A DNA stretch of 64,000 nt, from assembly GCA_051362555.1 (NCBI GenBank), contig CM120642.1, forward strand, positions 12,958,001 through 13,022,000, read 5' to 3'. This stretch comes from Lingula anatina (lineage: Eukaryota; Animalia; Brachiopoda). The stretch's first letter is position 1. The number at the start of each line of letters is the position of its first letter. Of this stretch, positions 49,112 to 63,315 are shown piece after piece. The notes under the pieces were generated by a model. The model was given only the letters and a program-made list of their open reading frames with translations. It had not been told where the DNA came from and searched no databases. A program made the translations under genes and the position numbers.

Positions 49112-51883
49112 GGGGGGAGGGGGGGGGGGAGGGGTGTACTGCTTACTAGTATGTGTCGCCACTTTTAATATTGATATACTATATTTTTGCTTTAGACGAG
49201 GATTGTAAAATTTAAAGCCACTCCTTATTTCATTCCTAACTGAAAAATGTTCTTCAGTTTATTTTAAAAAAATTAGGACTAAAAGTTGGATGTTGTTAAT
49301 GTGAAAAGACATTTCTGAGTACAACTGTCAAAATTATTTATGTGTTTCAGAATGGCGAATTTTTTCTGAAGCATAATTATGAGGCGAAGCACGTGTGCAA
49401 ACTTTTCAGTAAAAACAAAACGCAGTAAGTGATACACGCACTAATGTAAGTACATGTATTTATGCCTTGACCACGTCGTCAACTTTTAATATTGATTCAA
49501 CTACAATATTCAGTTAATTTCATGAGCGCGGAAAAAGACATACAAAGCGTGGTCATGCCTGTACATGTGGTAAATGTAAGGTACACTAGACACTTGCCTC
49601 TTCAGGAATTAGCCACATTCATTACGTATAAACCGCCATTATAACTATTAGTCTAATCAAATTGGTTACAGAGTAGTAGCAAACACAGCGTTTTAAGCAC
49701 ATGTAACTTAGGCTTCGTTCACATGGAAAGTCTATTTTGTAAAAATCTATTTTCTATTCGCGGTATCTTGTGATCACGGTCTGTGCCCTGAATGTCCCGC
49801 GGCGTAATTACTGGCAGCGCGAGCCAGTTACTATAAGTTACTATAAGTAACTGGCTCGCGCTGCCAGTAATTACGCCGCGGGATATTCAGGGCACAGACC
49901 GTGATCACAAGATACCGCGAATAGAAAATAGATTTTTAGAAAATAGACTTCCCATGTGAACGAAGCCTAAATAACGCTCTGGTAACGTTCTAACAATGAT
50001 CTACATGTATGTTTAGTAGGCATGTCCCAATCCCCTTTCATGCTATGCGTAGCTATGCAACGACTAAAGACTTTAAGAGTTTCACCAAGACAAACAGATG
50101 TAATGGATTAATTAAAGTATACTTTACTGTCAGAGTTTGCCCTGAATCTCCAGTTGCGACCGACAAGTTGCAGAAGTTAAGATGCAGATTAAAGAGTTTG
50201 TGGGCGAAACTAGTATACCAGAGAGTAGAAGGTGAGTCATTGAAAGAGAGAGAAAGAGAGAGAGAGAGAGAGAACGGCGGAGGAGGAGGAGGTTCAATGC
50301 GAGTGTGTTATGATATAATTTTCCATACCCATGGTTTTGTAAATGCGTAAGCTTTGTGTTTTTATTCTGTTGACAGGTTACGTGTATTCAACGAGGATAG
50401 TGACCACATTTACAGTGGCCGTTATTGTGATATATGCAGTAAGTATAACTAATGGCATTATTTAAAAAAACGCAATACATGTACAATGGCACATAATGAT
50501 ATACAAGGCTTATGTCTTGATAACGTTAAATGCATTAAAATGACCTTGCACTAAATATTCAAAACTGCACATCAAAGTGGAGATACATTCTATTTTGGAG
50601 GTTGTTACTGATTCTCAATTTAACGGTCCATTTAACATTTATTTTATATTTTATTAAGAGTAAGTGAGTGGAATAATTGTTTGTCGAGTTGGAACTTAAC
50701 TTACATAGTCTATCAACTTAAATCACTGAAAAAGTAATTAACAGATTCATTTGTACTGACACAAAAATACAAATAAAAAAATACAAAAATACAAAAATGA
50801 ACTAAATTTTAAGCTATCGTTACTGTCGCTGCCAAGACATCTCACTTTTTAATTGCGACAGCTGTTCTGAAATATTTGTACCTCAGTGAAAAAAGTTACC
50901 TAGGTGCTGTACCGGTGTACATGTATCATAAAAATACTCCCGGAGTAAAATTTTTATAATGAAAATCTGACTCCCCCTGTGAAATCTTGACTTGTTTTTA
51001 AAAATGATCAATTTTTTCCAAAATTTTTACCACCAATCTTTGAAATACAAACAAATTATATGTCACAATTGAAACTACATATGTGGAAAATAATGGCGTG
51101 GTGACTAAATACATATAAAATAGGGCCTTTTCTTCATGGGAGTTCAAATCCCATGGGTATGAAAATGAAGATTTTTCCTTTTTTTTCATTTTTTTCACCC
51201 CACATTTTACCATCAAACTTTCATTCTTCATAAAGTATACACTAAAAAGAAAGATGTTGACTGATTACCTAATGTCAAATAAATAGCCTTTTCACAGGGA
51301 AGTCATTGGGTGGTAAAATACACACTTTTAATTTTCTTATTTTCTCATGAAAAATTTCACCTGCAAACATAGAAAAAATGCCATATCCTCCATTATGCAT
51401 ACTGCAAGATAAAAGTCATATACTTAAATAAAAATAAAATTTATGAAGTTTTGAGGGGGGAGTCAAAATTTCATTTTGAAATAACGAAATTAAGACATTT
51501 TGAATGGGGAGTTAGATTTTCACAAAAACAAATCTGATTTGGGGGTCACCTTTTAGGGGAGTAAGATTTTCAAGGTACACCGGTACGCTGAATTTTACGA
51601 TAGTTTACGATATTTAAACTTTTTTCTTTATTTTTATAGGTAGCCGTGTTAATATATGGCGTTTTTCTTCCTATTATTGACGGCCTCGTCTATAATGCAG
51701 TACAAAGAAACAAAGGGCAGTTTGACAGTGGTGAACTAATTTTGTACAAAGTATTCCGAGGTAAACATGCTTCCACAAATATGCTTAATTGAATGCCACA
51801 GTGATTACGACTCTTGAAGATATAGTTTTGAAGGTGTTCACACGCGTTGCAGGGCGTGTCTTTAATCATCATCATCATCATCA

Positions 51884-51917
<34 letters not shown>

Positions 51918-53555
51918 ATAAGAAATAAATTAAATAACTCCTGAGTTTTTTCTCGGTGCTTATTTGTACATTCGTATATTCTTCTGGAGTTTGTTTCAGT
52001 ACTGGCGGAACAAATCACATGGTGTAAAATGATATTGCCTGTACAATTTGAAGCTTAATTTAAAGTGTTCTTCGTCAGTTACTAGTAGTGACTTACTGTC
52101 TGCGTTTTTATGTATCATGAATTCCTAATAAAATTGGTTGAGGCCAATTATTTTCAGTATGTTTCATCGTCTCAATTGGCATTGCTTTCCTGTACAACTT
52201 GCTGTCTATTGCCTTCATGCTGGACCAATACAGGTAGGTCAACGTCCATGGTTACTATTTCAAACGTCCATTCCAACATTTGAGGTAAAGAAGGGCAAAG
52301 CAGACGAAAATATACTACTGTTTATTTGTCGAGTCAAATTCTTCTTATAGACATACATTTGACAGATGTTATAGTTGCCTTTGGCACAACATCTAAGTAA
52401 ACCAATTCACTCAAATAAAAATGGAGCGGCCACTCAGATCTCCATTTACAAGTTTACAATTTTTTCGCGAAAAGCAAATGATGCATGGCCTTTGTCTATA
52501 TCACTTTAATTTTATGACTACCTATTTATTCTATAAAGGAAAGATCACCTTGATCTCCAGAAGGGAATACATACGCGCGTGCCTCCTATGACGCAGTCAG
52601 GGAATATATTTTGGATGGTGCGTTAAAGCCCTTTCCTTTAAAACGCTTTTTTATGTTGTAATATCATTGAAGGCGAAACTCGTTGTTATAATGCCAACAT
52701 TTCTGCAAGTACTACAATGGTATATTATATTATCTTTATGAAATAATTGAAACACTAGCATGTTTATTGTCTTAAGACAATAGTTTGAAAGTCAGAAATT
52801 TGCGAAATCTCATACATTGATCTTTAAGCGTCCACTGCATTATACTTGATCATGATTCAATGAGTATTAACCATACCATTCGAAAAGCAATGAATTTTTC
52901 TCAAAATTTTTATATAGAGTTGAAATTAGATATGTATAGCAGGATCTGTATTGCATTTCAGATGAACTTCATTAATTATGCGGGCTATCAGGTGGCCTAC
53001 TTGCTTTGGGGTACGTAGACTGATCCACCTACCGGTATACTTTAACATCATATTTGCACTTACTGGCGTAATCAGGGAACTGAATTAATCTGTTTTATTA
53101 TCTCACCTATAGAGAATCGGTTTTATTCAGGAATATTTCCTGTGTGGATAAAGGTGTTCGTACACATCTTACCTTTAGGAAGACATGATGTGTCTGAAAA
53201 AAAGCACACCATGGCCCAAAGGTGAAAGTCATATTTAAGTCTGCAAACAGCACCTTCTTTCTAACAATGCCTACTGATTGATGATTTATTCATACGAAAA
53301 TATCTTGAAACAAGCATGATTTGGCCAAGGCATGTCTTTATTATTTAGGGTTTTTTATCCAGTCAGTGGTTATACTGATAATCGTATCTGTGATTTCCCT
53401 GCTAATTACCATCCTCACTATTGGACATGAGTTGGAAGCAGTTCTTAAATGGACAATTGGGCATTTTGGGTAAGCTAGGCCGTATTTTTTTGTATATACT
53501 GTATACTGACCGATTGAAGAGTTGTTGAGTTGTTGGTTACCCAACTTCGGGTATC

Positions 53556-53613
<58 letters not shown>

Positions 53614-55406
53614 CCTACGTAAGGCGTGAAGGTGTGAATACATAAGCACAGTCATTCTTTATATTTCAAGGCCATCTATTTTGATACTGCTTGTGCTGTA
53701 TTTGATCCATTTCCTGCTCTCCTGGTTGGTGTTTCTGCAGGACAAGGGGGCCAATCTTGCAGCTAACAACAGGTAGGCATTATTGACTGGTCTGTGAACA
53801 CATTACCGGTATAACGATATACTTGGACCCGAATTTCGCTTCAAATTTTTGTTGGGGACAACCTTTTCTGTCAAAATCATGTTGTCTAGGGGCATTCTGT
53901 TAAAACAGAAAACAGCTGGGATGATCAAATTGAAATCCTATACACACCTACTGCGTACGCATCGTACTAATTTGTATATTGACTTTTCATGTTATTTGTT
54001 GCTGATTTTCAACTACGTTAATTTCATTTTAATATTCCATGATCTTTAAGAAGTTACTTTTTTCTACTTTTTAGGAGATTGCTGTTCAACTTTGTTTATT
54101 TCATGTTTATATACAACATACTTATTGGTGCGTTTTCCGCTTTACTGCGAGTTGGAAAGGGGATAGTATTTGGCGTTCTGTATATCGGAAGACTAGACAG
54201 TAGCAACCTACCCAGAAGCGTCAACCTACTTTTTGACCCAGGTATTTTAATCGAAAATTCATTTTACATTTCACTAAATTCATAGCAAAAGACTCATTTA
54301 CTTATGAAAATTATGCTACAGAAACTAATAAACAATTGCCACAAAATACGAATTCAATTTTGATAGATCAGATTAAATGGCAGGAAAAATGGCAAAATAT
54401 AAAAAAGGACAAAAGGTTTCTACTGTATCCCCGATCTAGTTCACACCTGCCTAGGTGCTTAAGTATGTTTGGCTAATCTTTATTTATTTATTTAAATTGC
54501 GGATTGTGACCTGTTGATATTTACTCCATATTAAATATCCTGGTAGCAATCCCTATGTAAAGTTTTGCCTGGTATTGATGTATTTCCTTTTGAGACATGC
54601 ATGGTTGCAGCTCTGTTTAAAAGAGCTTCCTTGTTTTTGTAGAAAAAAATGTATATTTCAATAAACATATAGCCAATTTATCAACTGAACTTTCCAATCT
54701 TCTTAAAGGGTATAGAGCATACGTTGGCATGCTGCACGTGGAAAATGCTCACAGACATCCAGTTATGTTGACATTTATAAACCTGTTGGTGATAGAAGCA
54801 GAAATCAGAAAAAGAATGCTTGCTGTCGAAACATGTGAAGAAAACATGGCGTCAAGTACAAGATCAACTTTAGTTGATGCTGAAGAAGGTAAAATGAGGG
54901 TTAAATTTTGTAACTACAATTTCAAAACAGGTAATTTTGTTTTATTTTATTTTTGTTTGTGCGTAATATGGCAAAAATCATCTCATTGCATTCTGTTCGT
55001 TATGATTGCTGTTTGCATTGCATTGACGCCTAAAGTGAATCCCAATACAACAAAAACCCACTATCCACCCGTTTAATATCTTTGTTTTCCCTTTCTATGG
55101 TTTTGTTTGGCACGATGTAGGCTATATTTTTTCAGTATCTCCCGAATCGTATTTGTTTTAATGTAAAAACTTACACTGAGCACAAAATTGTCTTTAATTG
55201 CAGGTACCGTGCTACCGCGTTCCTGCTCATTCGTCGGTGGTGAACGTCGTCAACGTGCCCGCAGAAAGTGGGCAGTACTTTTTACTGTACTGAACAATCC
55301 CAGTTTAGCAAAACACAGGAAAACGCAATTGCAGAAAAGCCAGGCGGATGCCTTAGACTTAAATGAGGACAACAAGGGCTTAGGTATGAGTAGTGTTGCA
55401 ATCTGA
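46086..55406 (+). CDS. STRA6L: STRA6-like (retinol-binding-protein receptor family) multipass membrane protein, about 18 exons
   Basis: Exons approx. 46086-46111, 46566-46635, 47041-47126 (FSFTTKR..GRPGLI), 47368-47504 (PMNYL..NRWAYTAAYG), 48092-48255 (LLYYPVLA), 48844-48995, 49351-49424, 50134-50231, 50377-50438, 51640-51760, 52159-52233, 52540-52595, 52962-53011, 53349-53470, 53671-53772, 54075-54241 (GRLD..DPG), 54709-54889 (HVENAHRHPVMLTF), 55204-55406 (RARRKW..TVLNNPSL..RK). Confidence 0.9.
48521..48735. mobile_element. PIF/Harbinger (Tourist-like) MITE, family copy 1
   Basis: TTA|gaccccattcccacagat ... atctctggaaatgcgctc|TTA. Close copy at 61657-61867 and a TIR fragment at 58764-58792. 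Confidence 0.8.
49711..49967. mobile_element. Fold-back (almost fully palindromic) MITE
   Basis: About 120-bp arms with 3 mismatches seen, termini ggcttcgttcacatg / catgtgaacgaagcc, flanked by TA. Confidence 0.9.
50912..51583. mobile_element. TA-flanked non-autonomous TIR element
   Basis: TA|ccggtgtac ... gtacaccgg|TA, with repeated gaaaatc..actcccc motifs in inverted orientation near both ends. Confidence 0.6.
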
Positions 55407-55724
55407 ACGTGATGTGATAAACCATACGTGGGATTATATAGGCCTATAAGGGATCGTGGGCTGTTGCTTGAATGGGACCTTAACAATTTATTGATGTAGA
55501 AATCAGCATTCCTTAAAACAGAAATATCGTGCTTCTTTAATGGATATTTAATTTGTAAAAAAAACTGAAAATCCTCCTGCTAGGTCGTTGAAAAACTTTT
55601 TGTCACTACCCTGGCTGATCATAAATTTAAGGACATGTAAGACCTTTGTTTTTACCTTATTTTGTTTGGCTTTAATGTTGAAATGACGGACGTATACACA
55701 TGTAATATGAATGAAATTGTCTTA

Positions 55725-55998
55725 GACGGCGTTTCCATAATCTTATCGTACTAGCAGGATCGATCTATCTCAGTACAGTCAATCTAATCAGCTTAATTGT
55801 CTGGCACACTCCTTTCAGAGCGAACTTGAGCAACATCATGGATCACAAAGTTTACCCGACTTTACCCAAGTACTTGAAGTCACGAGGGGGGGGGGGGGCG
55901 TGAGACATTTGAGCCGCTTACACTGAATGCAATTTAGCGAGAATCCCCGAGAAGATAGAACAGTTCAGCTAGTACGATGGGATTATGGAAATGGCCCC
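55725..55998. mobile_element. PIF/Harbinger-like MITE
   Basis: TTA|gacggcgtttccataatcttatcgtactagc ... gctagtacgatgggattatggaaatggcccc|TTA. Confidence 0.7.
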
Positions 55999-57315
55999 TT
56001 AAATTATTTTCTCGAATTTTGACAAGCTGGCCGTCAAAAGATAGCCTGTAGAGAAGGTTTGCAAGTGTGGTGCAAGTTTTGTACCTTTAGTGCGTAGCTG
56101 ACAGACTGTTGCTTAAGTCGTCAGTTGTCAAATGAAAACTTAATCAGCATGCTTTTAGTAATAATCATTATATCTAGTGATTTTAATTAAAATTATTTCT
56201 AGTTTAGCTATCTTTTTTATGAATCTATTTCACCAGATCAGATCAGATATCCGTAAATAAACAGCATTACATTTTTAATACTTTCCGTGTCATACTTGTG
56301 GGATCTGTCACAGTATTTATTTATTTTATTAAAATTTAATTTGAAATTAAAAATATAGTAACAGATTGACTTACGGACTAATATCCCGTTACACCTATAT
56401 GTAAACAGCAAAAATAAAACAGAACAAGCTGTGGAAAGAAGAATGTTCAAAATTTGTGCCAAATTTTTATTATATACCTTCGTCGGAGTATAATGTGGAA
56501 TTAGTAAGTATGCTGTCAAAATTTTTTTATTGTTCATTCCTAGATGTTCAAAGTGCATTCTATAAATTCTAAGTGCATTCTAAATATTCGGATCATGCTG
56601 GTGGAAGACCTGAATATTTCGGTTTTCCCCTGATTACAATCGGGATGTTTCGAATGCTGCTGAAATGTCGTAAGGCTATTTAGAATGCCGCCATAGAGCA
56701 GTTAAAACACACTTCGAATTCCTTTCGATATTTCTGCGGTAGGAATGCATCTCGAAAGTTTTGTGCATGACCAAAATATTTTAATCAAGCATTATAACGG
56801 GTTCAAATTTTTTGAATGCACTCAGAATTTTTGAAATGCAATTCCAATATCCAGGAATTTAGGAATAAGTTTTCACCTCTTGTGTGACTAGAGTTTAAGC
56901 TTTATTACACCAAATGAATACGCGTTAAGACCGAAAGATAGATTATCTCTTATGGCGCTTTTTCATAAAAAGTGATTTTGCGTATAAACACAGTATAAAC
57001 AACGTTTCCTACCTGAACCCCTCCAAATTTTGGTTGGTGGCTTTATTTTTTCATTTGCGGTAGTTTAGCGCATGCTTTCTCCTATTTGTGAGAGAAGAAA
57101 GATACCGTGGAATACATTGCAGCTGATACACAATAGAAGTGTGTGGCGGTAATGACAAATATTCGAAAGTATATTCAAAACAAAAACGCATGTCTGCAAT
57201 TTTATTGATTTACACGGCGTATGTAAAATGTGTAAATAGTTCGTATGAAATGAGCTTTCTATCAATTCCTAAATCTCCAAGTGGAAGGAGGTCTAAATCA
57301 GAATTGATGATGTAT

Positions 57316-59234
57316 CTAAAAATGATATATTTGACCCCCTTTAATCAACTGCAGATCTTTAAGTGGTTTTTCTATATTGCGTAATAGATTGGTTTTAAAT
57401 TTTAACATGGTGGGATCATAGGTATAATTCTTCAGAGCTTCTTTACAAGGAGGCAGATGATAGGCAGTGGCATATTTATCAAAATGACATTTTTTGTAGT
57501 GTTGATTCATTCCAAACTTTTCATGCACGTGAATCGAATGGCGGGTTTTTTCAAACGTTTCTGCAATTTTCCAGCAGTAATGATTATGTACATTTCTGCA
57601 AGCCATGGGATCAATGATACTTTTAGTTGACGTCCCAACTGGCGTTAATTCTCTCAAATGGTAGATCTGACGTAACGTTAACGTGACTTGTGGCTCTGAC
57701 GTATTCTGTGGTAGTTCAGAAAAGTAATACACATTTCTGAAGTTATACATGCGATGTGGATGCCTTGGTTTGGTCTCCTTTTCGATGGCGTCTATAAGTT
57801 CAGAATAAGTCATCATATTTCCACGAGGAACTATCATTTCGTCTAAGTCTGTGACGACTATTTTTTCATACCTGTACATGTTTCTATACATACAGTCATT
57901 GAGCACGGGCGTACCCATGAGATTCAACACAAGTTCTCCGCTCTCATTCATCGACCTGAGCATCCTTGTATAAGTTAAGATCCCCTGCTGGTGATAGTAT
58001 AAGAACACCCTCTCCGTGGTTTCATTCATCATGCTGCCGTAAATATTGATTTCCTTCACTCCCCAGAGTTTGTGAAGCTCCACCCACTCTACTATTCTAT
58101 AAGGATCGAGCGTCCAGAACGTAATGCTGACGCAACTCCCAAAGTCCACTTTATTCTCTCTACTAGGATATCGAACGGGTATGCGTACGTGCTCGTGTGA
58201 TTCCCAATTGTTTTGATTTAAGTAAGTTTGATCAACGACGGAGACGAAAATAGCTTTTTTGGCGGTGAATTTTATAGGCGCACACACAAATATGTACTCC
58301 CGAAAGTGTTTTCCGTGACATCCACCCCCAGTGCCAATCTCGGTAACTGCCATTGGTTGCAAAATGGAATTTTTCAACCCCTCAAAAGTCACAATACATG
58401 AGAACTTTTCTTTTTCAACTTTATTCTTGTCTGCCATACCTATAATGCGAATAGCGGGTCTGGTCTTCGGGTCTATGGTAGGCCTATCGTCATAGTATGC
58501 AGACAGAATATACATTTCTGTTGTTATATTTGGCATGAACCATTGTTTTGTTACGACTGGCTGTATGCTTTTCTTCTTAACCTGTTCACGTCTCATGAAC
58601 ACAGGTTTGTCTTTTGTGAAGTTACTATTATAAAGTAAGGCAACGCAGACCACGCCCAATAAGGCAGCTAAAAACATAAATCTAAAACGGACGCAGAAGC
58701 CCTGGAAATGTAAATATAAAAATGTTCCATATAATATTATATTTGGAAAAGGGATATGAGTAAGACCCCATTCCCAGAGATTAGGTCGATCTATATATCA
58801 AAATAGGCACTATTTCTCCTGCTACGTAATGGAAAAGAGAGAATTAAAGGACCATGCTAGCAGCTTTTACAAAAACTAAAAAAAAATCATCTCGTCAACC
58901 TCAAAGCTTCAGAATACAAGCTGTGAATCATATCCTCATCAAGTTGCAGTCCAGATTTCCGCCCGGCTTCCTGAGTTGATTTTAATGTGTCTTGCGACAC
59001 CTAATGTGAATCAAGGGACAAAATACAGTTATCGTGACAGCAAACTACTACGTGTAGAGACACGCACATTTAGCTATAGGTCACCGGCTTTATTTCTTTG
59101 CTGTTGTAAACTCTGTATTAGATAATATAAGATTGATAAGTCACAATCAAACAACTCGTAGAAGATAATCTTACCAATCCTTTACAGGAGTTCCGGATTC
59201 CAAGTTTAGTTAAAGATGCAGGTTGTAATGCCAT
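57316..59234 (-). CDS. Glycosyltransferase family 92 (DUF23) type II membrane protein, copy 1
   Basis: Exon 59234-59175 (alternative in-frame ATG at 59258) spliced in phase 0 to 58701-57316. N-terminal TM segment, YILSAYYDDR, IVEWVELHKLWGV, LNDCMYRN, DLDE (DxD motif), KSIIDP..HNH, HYK. Confidence 0.92.
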
Positions 59235-60942
59235 CACATGTCCTTCCAAAGAATACATGTAGATGTTCTCACTTAAAACATTGGTTGTTCTTGCGCCACA
59301 CCCACTGATGTTACACCTATTCTAATTACGCAGTGGCCTAACCAGATGACTGGACTATGATTGAAGAAACGACACAATTTTTGGTCCACCAGACACCCTG
59401 TGCAGAGGATAAATACACGTACATGCCGCAAAAAGACTCATGTGAGCCCAGACCTTTGCTTGCCATCTATATCCTGGTGTATGTAATACCGTGTTTAACG
59501 TAAGCTTTGCATACATGAATAAGTGCTATCGATTCAGCATCTGCGGCTTTGTTATACTCTTTTTGTTCACTGCATTGCGTAGTGCCTGTGTTATACAAAC
59601 AAAACATTCACTGACGAAAGAGGCACTGGATAAAGAAAGAAACGAGGTCACCAACACATTTCTGATATATTCAACGTGTTGTTTATTAATATTATTATAA
59701 CACGGCAGTGTTATACTATTTGTCTCTGCCTTTAAATTACATTCACTATCACGGAAGAGAAAGTAACCTTCCAACCCGGAGAATATATTCATATTCAGGG
59801 CAACATAACAAATATAGGAGTCCCTGTATCTAGTTTTACCGATCGACTGTTTACATCGGATATAGTTATTTACGTTTACTAATAGTTTACGGCACGCAGG
59901 AATCAATGCGATCCCCTATAAAAACTGGGCCTCTAAAAGCAGAAAGAGTGAGACTCCGGGAGATCGTCACGACTGTCCCTGCCAGCCAGCCTGTAGCCCG
60001 TGTGTGAAGAATAAAAATCTACATGCCATCCTCTCAAAAATTAGTAGCAAACCAAGGTTACATTATTGTTATTTCTGTGATAATGACTAGAATTTGGTTT
60101 AGAGAGAGAGGAGGGAAGTGACGGGACAGGGACGATGCGTAACCAAGCTTTTAACGGTGGGCCTCACAAAGCTAGCAGTGGCTTATGATCGTCGTTTTGA
60201 TGTCATTCGCAGAATTTTTCTGTGCAAAATAGATTGCTACGGATTTTGTACCAGCGGTTGAAATCGAACGACGAGTCGAATTTTGGGAAATTCACTAAAA
60301 ACCTTATTGATAATGTTGTACTTTTTATTCGAAGGGCTTTTTAGAATTTTTCTTTATTTCATTTCATTATTTTTTTATTTTTATCCTTTTTTATTTTATT
60401 TATCAATTTTTTTTTTTGGGGGGGGGGGGGGCGGTGTCAATCGAGGGCAATCCAGACAAACCGAGAGTCACATTTCTCCAAAGAAATTCTCCTAGGAATT
60501 ATTTCTTTTTCACTTTTATAGTGGCAATATGTGTAATCGCTATTGACAACAAAACGTACCAAAAATTATACTAGCAATGGAACTAAGATGTTGTCTTAAC
60601 TTTTTGGGCATCTTCTGTAAAGACCGAATAAAAACGAACAGGCCGGTAACATGATAACGAGTGACAGAGAGAATTTTCTTTCAGTAAATCACTTTCTGTG
60701 GATTAAAGTTCAACAAAGCGGAGAAATAGATTAACAGAGGATAATTTCTTCATACCAGTCAAGTTTCTAGAGATAGACCACGTGGGCCCCTTTTCTTTTC
60801 ACATCAAGTTTTCTGTATCGCATGCCGGGGGGGGGGGGGGGGGGGGAGAGAGAGCTCCCTCTCAAAAGCCCAAATGTGGCAATCGAAATTAATCGGGTTT
60901 AATGGTCCTGTCGAGCGAGGGGCGGCGTTCAAGTCACTCTAT

Positions 60943-60984
<42 letters not shown>

Positions 60985-61332
60985 TTATTGAGCACTAAAA
61001 TGTTTCAGTACATTTTGCAGGCCCTCTAAACTACTTGTGTTATACATACCTGTACATGTAATATATATCTAGACCTATTATCACACTTAGGTGATATCAG
61101 GCTTACAAGGCATTTATTATGCGATAGCCATGCTATTTCAGTAGTAGTTGCCTGGCTCTCAAACTGGAGGTACGGAAAACTAGGCAAAGGTCCGTAGTGC
61201 ATGCGGCCAGTTTGACCTTATCTGGTTTAGTTGACCCCTGAACTGCGTTAAACGTTGTCTTCAGTGCATAGATGTGTGCACAGGGTCAGTGCTGTGTGCA
61301 GTAGGCAGTAGGCCTACGTACAGTCGGTCAAC

Positions 61333-61499
61333 ATGTCAGCAGCAACGTTTGCCGAGCGTATGCTACAGTTAAAGAACGACGCGTTCACTTCCCTTGGAGT
61401 GTCCGTGGGCCTGCGACTGGGGCTGTTCGAGGTGCTGGGAGATATGGGAAGACCGGTCACTCCCAGGGAGCTGGCCACTCGGGCCAACTGTAAGGAGAA
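61333..61499 (+). CDS. First coding exon of an Rv2258c-like SAM-dependent methyltransferase (N-terminal winged helix)
   Basis: MSAATFAERMLQLKNDAFTSLGVSVGLRLGLFEVLGDMGRPVTPRELATRANCKE followed by donor GTGAGT at 61500. Absent from the ORF track. Next exon not found in the window. Confidence 0.7.
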
Positions 61500-61656
61500 G
61501 TGAGTTTTGAGTCACATCCTTCTGCTATTATTCAGATCATTCAGGTGAAAGTAGTAACCGTACACAGAACCTGTAATGTGTGTCGGATGTGTAAGTACAC
61601 ATGTAGGCCCAGCACCACTACATCACGCCAGAGGATAAGTGCGAGTACTTCTGGCT

Positions 61657-61867
61657 GTATTCCCAGAGCTTTTAGATCGATCTATCCCCGCGGGGAGTCT
61701 CACTAGATTACTGTAAGATAATCCGGCTTAAATGTCCGTCCCGCCTACTACAAGCTGTAAGGGGTTAATTAACTTTCGTGTCCGCCCGGCTGACAGCTAT
61801 TTAGCGTGAACCCCCAGGGAGTTAGGTCGATCTAAAGTAGATCGATCTAATCTCTGGAAATGGGGTC
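61657..61867. mobile_element. PIF/Harbinger MITE, family copy 2
   Basis: Highly similar to 48521-48735 (ggggagtctcactagattactgt...cccccagggagttaggtcgatcta...ctctggaaatggggtc). Confidence 0.8.
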
Positions 61868-62321
61868 TCTGATTCATAACTATCTGTCTTACGCACTGTG
61901 TACATACTAACACTGATATCTCCGGTGTCATGTAACAGAGAGTCCCCCATGTTAGGGAGTCCGGGACCTGTTATTTAAGTAATCGGAGTAATTCATTGTG
62001 TCATTGCGGATGTTCTCAAGGGCCGCTTACCTCAATTATTTCGGTTTTAAAACGTCAACACCTAACATATTTGTATCTGACGATAATGACACCTCCCAAA
62101 ATAGCGAAATTCATGCCTGTTGAGGATTTTGATATGCACGCTGTGTTAACTAGCACAGCGTGCATATCAATAGGGTGCGGTGAATTATATGCTTTTTTTG
62201 AACATTTCTTGACAAAAAGGGTCAAAAAGTGCATTTCTGGCGACAGTCTAGCTTGACAGTAAACTGTCAGCTCACATGGTAAGTAAACTCAGTCCTAAAT
62301 GTATCAATCGCAGTGGTAACG

Positions 62322-62570
62322 CAGTGGCGGATTTGGGGGGGGGGGGGTCCGGGGGCTCCTGCCCCCCCCCCCCAACTATTTCTGAAAAAATCACACGAAT
62401 GCTCCCCTCTTAAAATGAGAATTTTGACTAGCTGTATCATAACCGTACCAAATGGCACCATTCGACCTCTAAAATACCAATTTTTTTCGGAACCCTATTC
62501 CAAGGGGGGGGGGGGGGTCGGCCGGACCCTCCCCCCCCCCCCTCTTCAAATAATCCTGGATCCGCCCCTG
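62322..62570. mobile_element. MITE with CAG termini
   Basis: cagtggcggat / atccgcccctg, flanks TAACG and TAACA (4/5 match). Related to 43320-43573. Confidence 0.7.
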
Positions 62571-63315
62571 TAACATCAAAAACGGATCCTGCAAGCTCTA
62601 AAACATAAGTAAAGACCTATGGCAAGCTATAGTGCCTTTGTTGTTGATGAAACTCTAGGAAGGCTATTTGTCTGCCATTTATAAAAATTGTCAAATTACC
62701 GACCTATATGGTTGTTGTTTAAATAATTAAATGTTAGATTTTTGTTCAGTATCAATTTTACTTCAAGGAAAACTTTGATTTAAATTGAAAATTTGATTTA
62801 CCCTACCCTAATATAAAAAAGCAGCGTACAGGCACAGATCAAAATAGTCAACAGAAGTGCTAACGTATGGATATCGTTCTACTCCCCAAGAAAAAAAAGC
62901 TTTTGTGCATATAGACACACTCAAAAATGTTTCTTGTACCTGAACTCCCCTTTCTGTCGTATCCGCAAGAAGCAGGGGATGAAAATCAGTTTTTTCTTTT
63001 AAATTACAGAACAAATTTAGTTTACAGCATATCTTTTCAAATTTGTGTCACAAGAAAATTACTGTGGAATAAATTGTAGCTGATACATAAATGCATTCAG
63101 TACGTGTTTTAGCGTGTAACGATAATGTTTGATAAGATTCAAAAAGATTTTTTTTTTCGATCAATGAAACACAGTAACACAAGTTTCTGATATCTGCCAC
63201 TATATTGATTTACGCCGCGAATTATAAAATATTAAAAGTAATTGGCACGAAGGCAGCTTTCCTTATAAAAGCTCCAGATTTGAAAGAGGTCTGAATATAA
63301 AAATCACGATGTATC

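Noticed and set aside
56560-56900. GAATGC/GCATTC-rich segment, possible transposon remnant
   Set aside because: Only one candidate terminus was found and no TSD, so boundaries cannot be supported.
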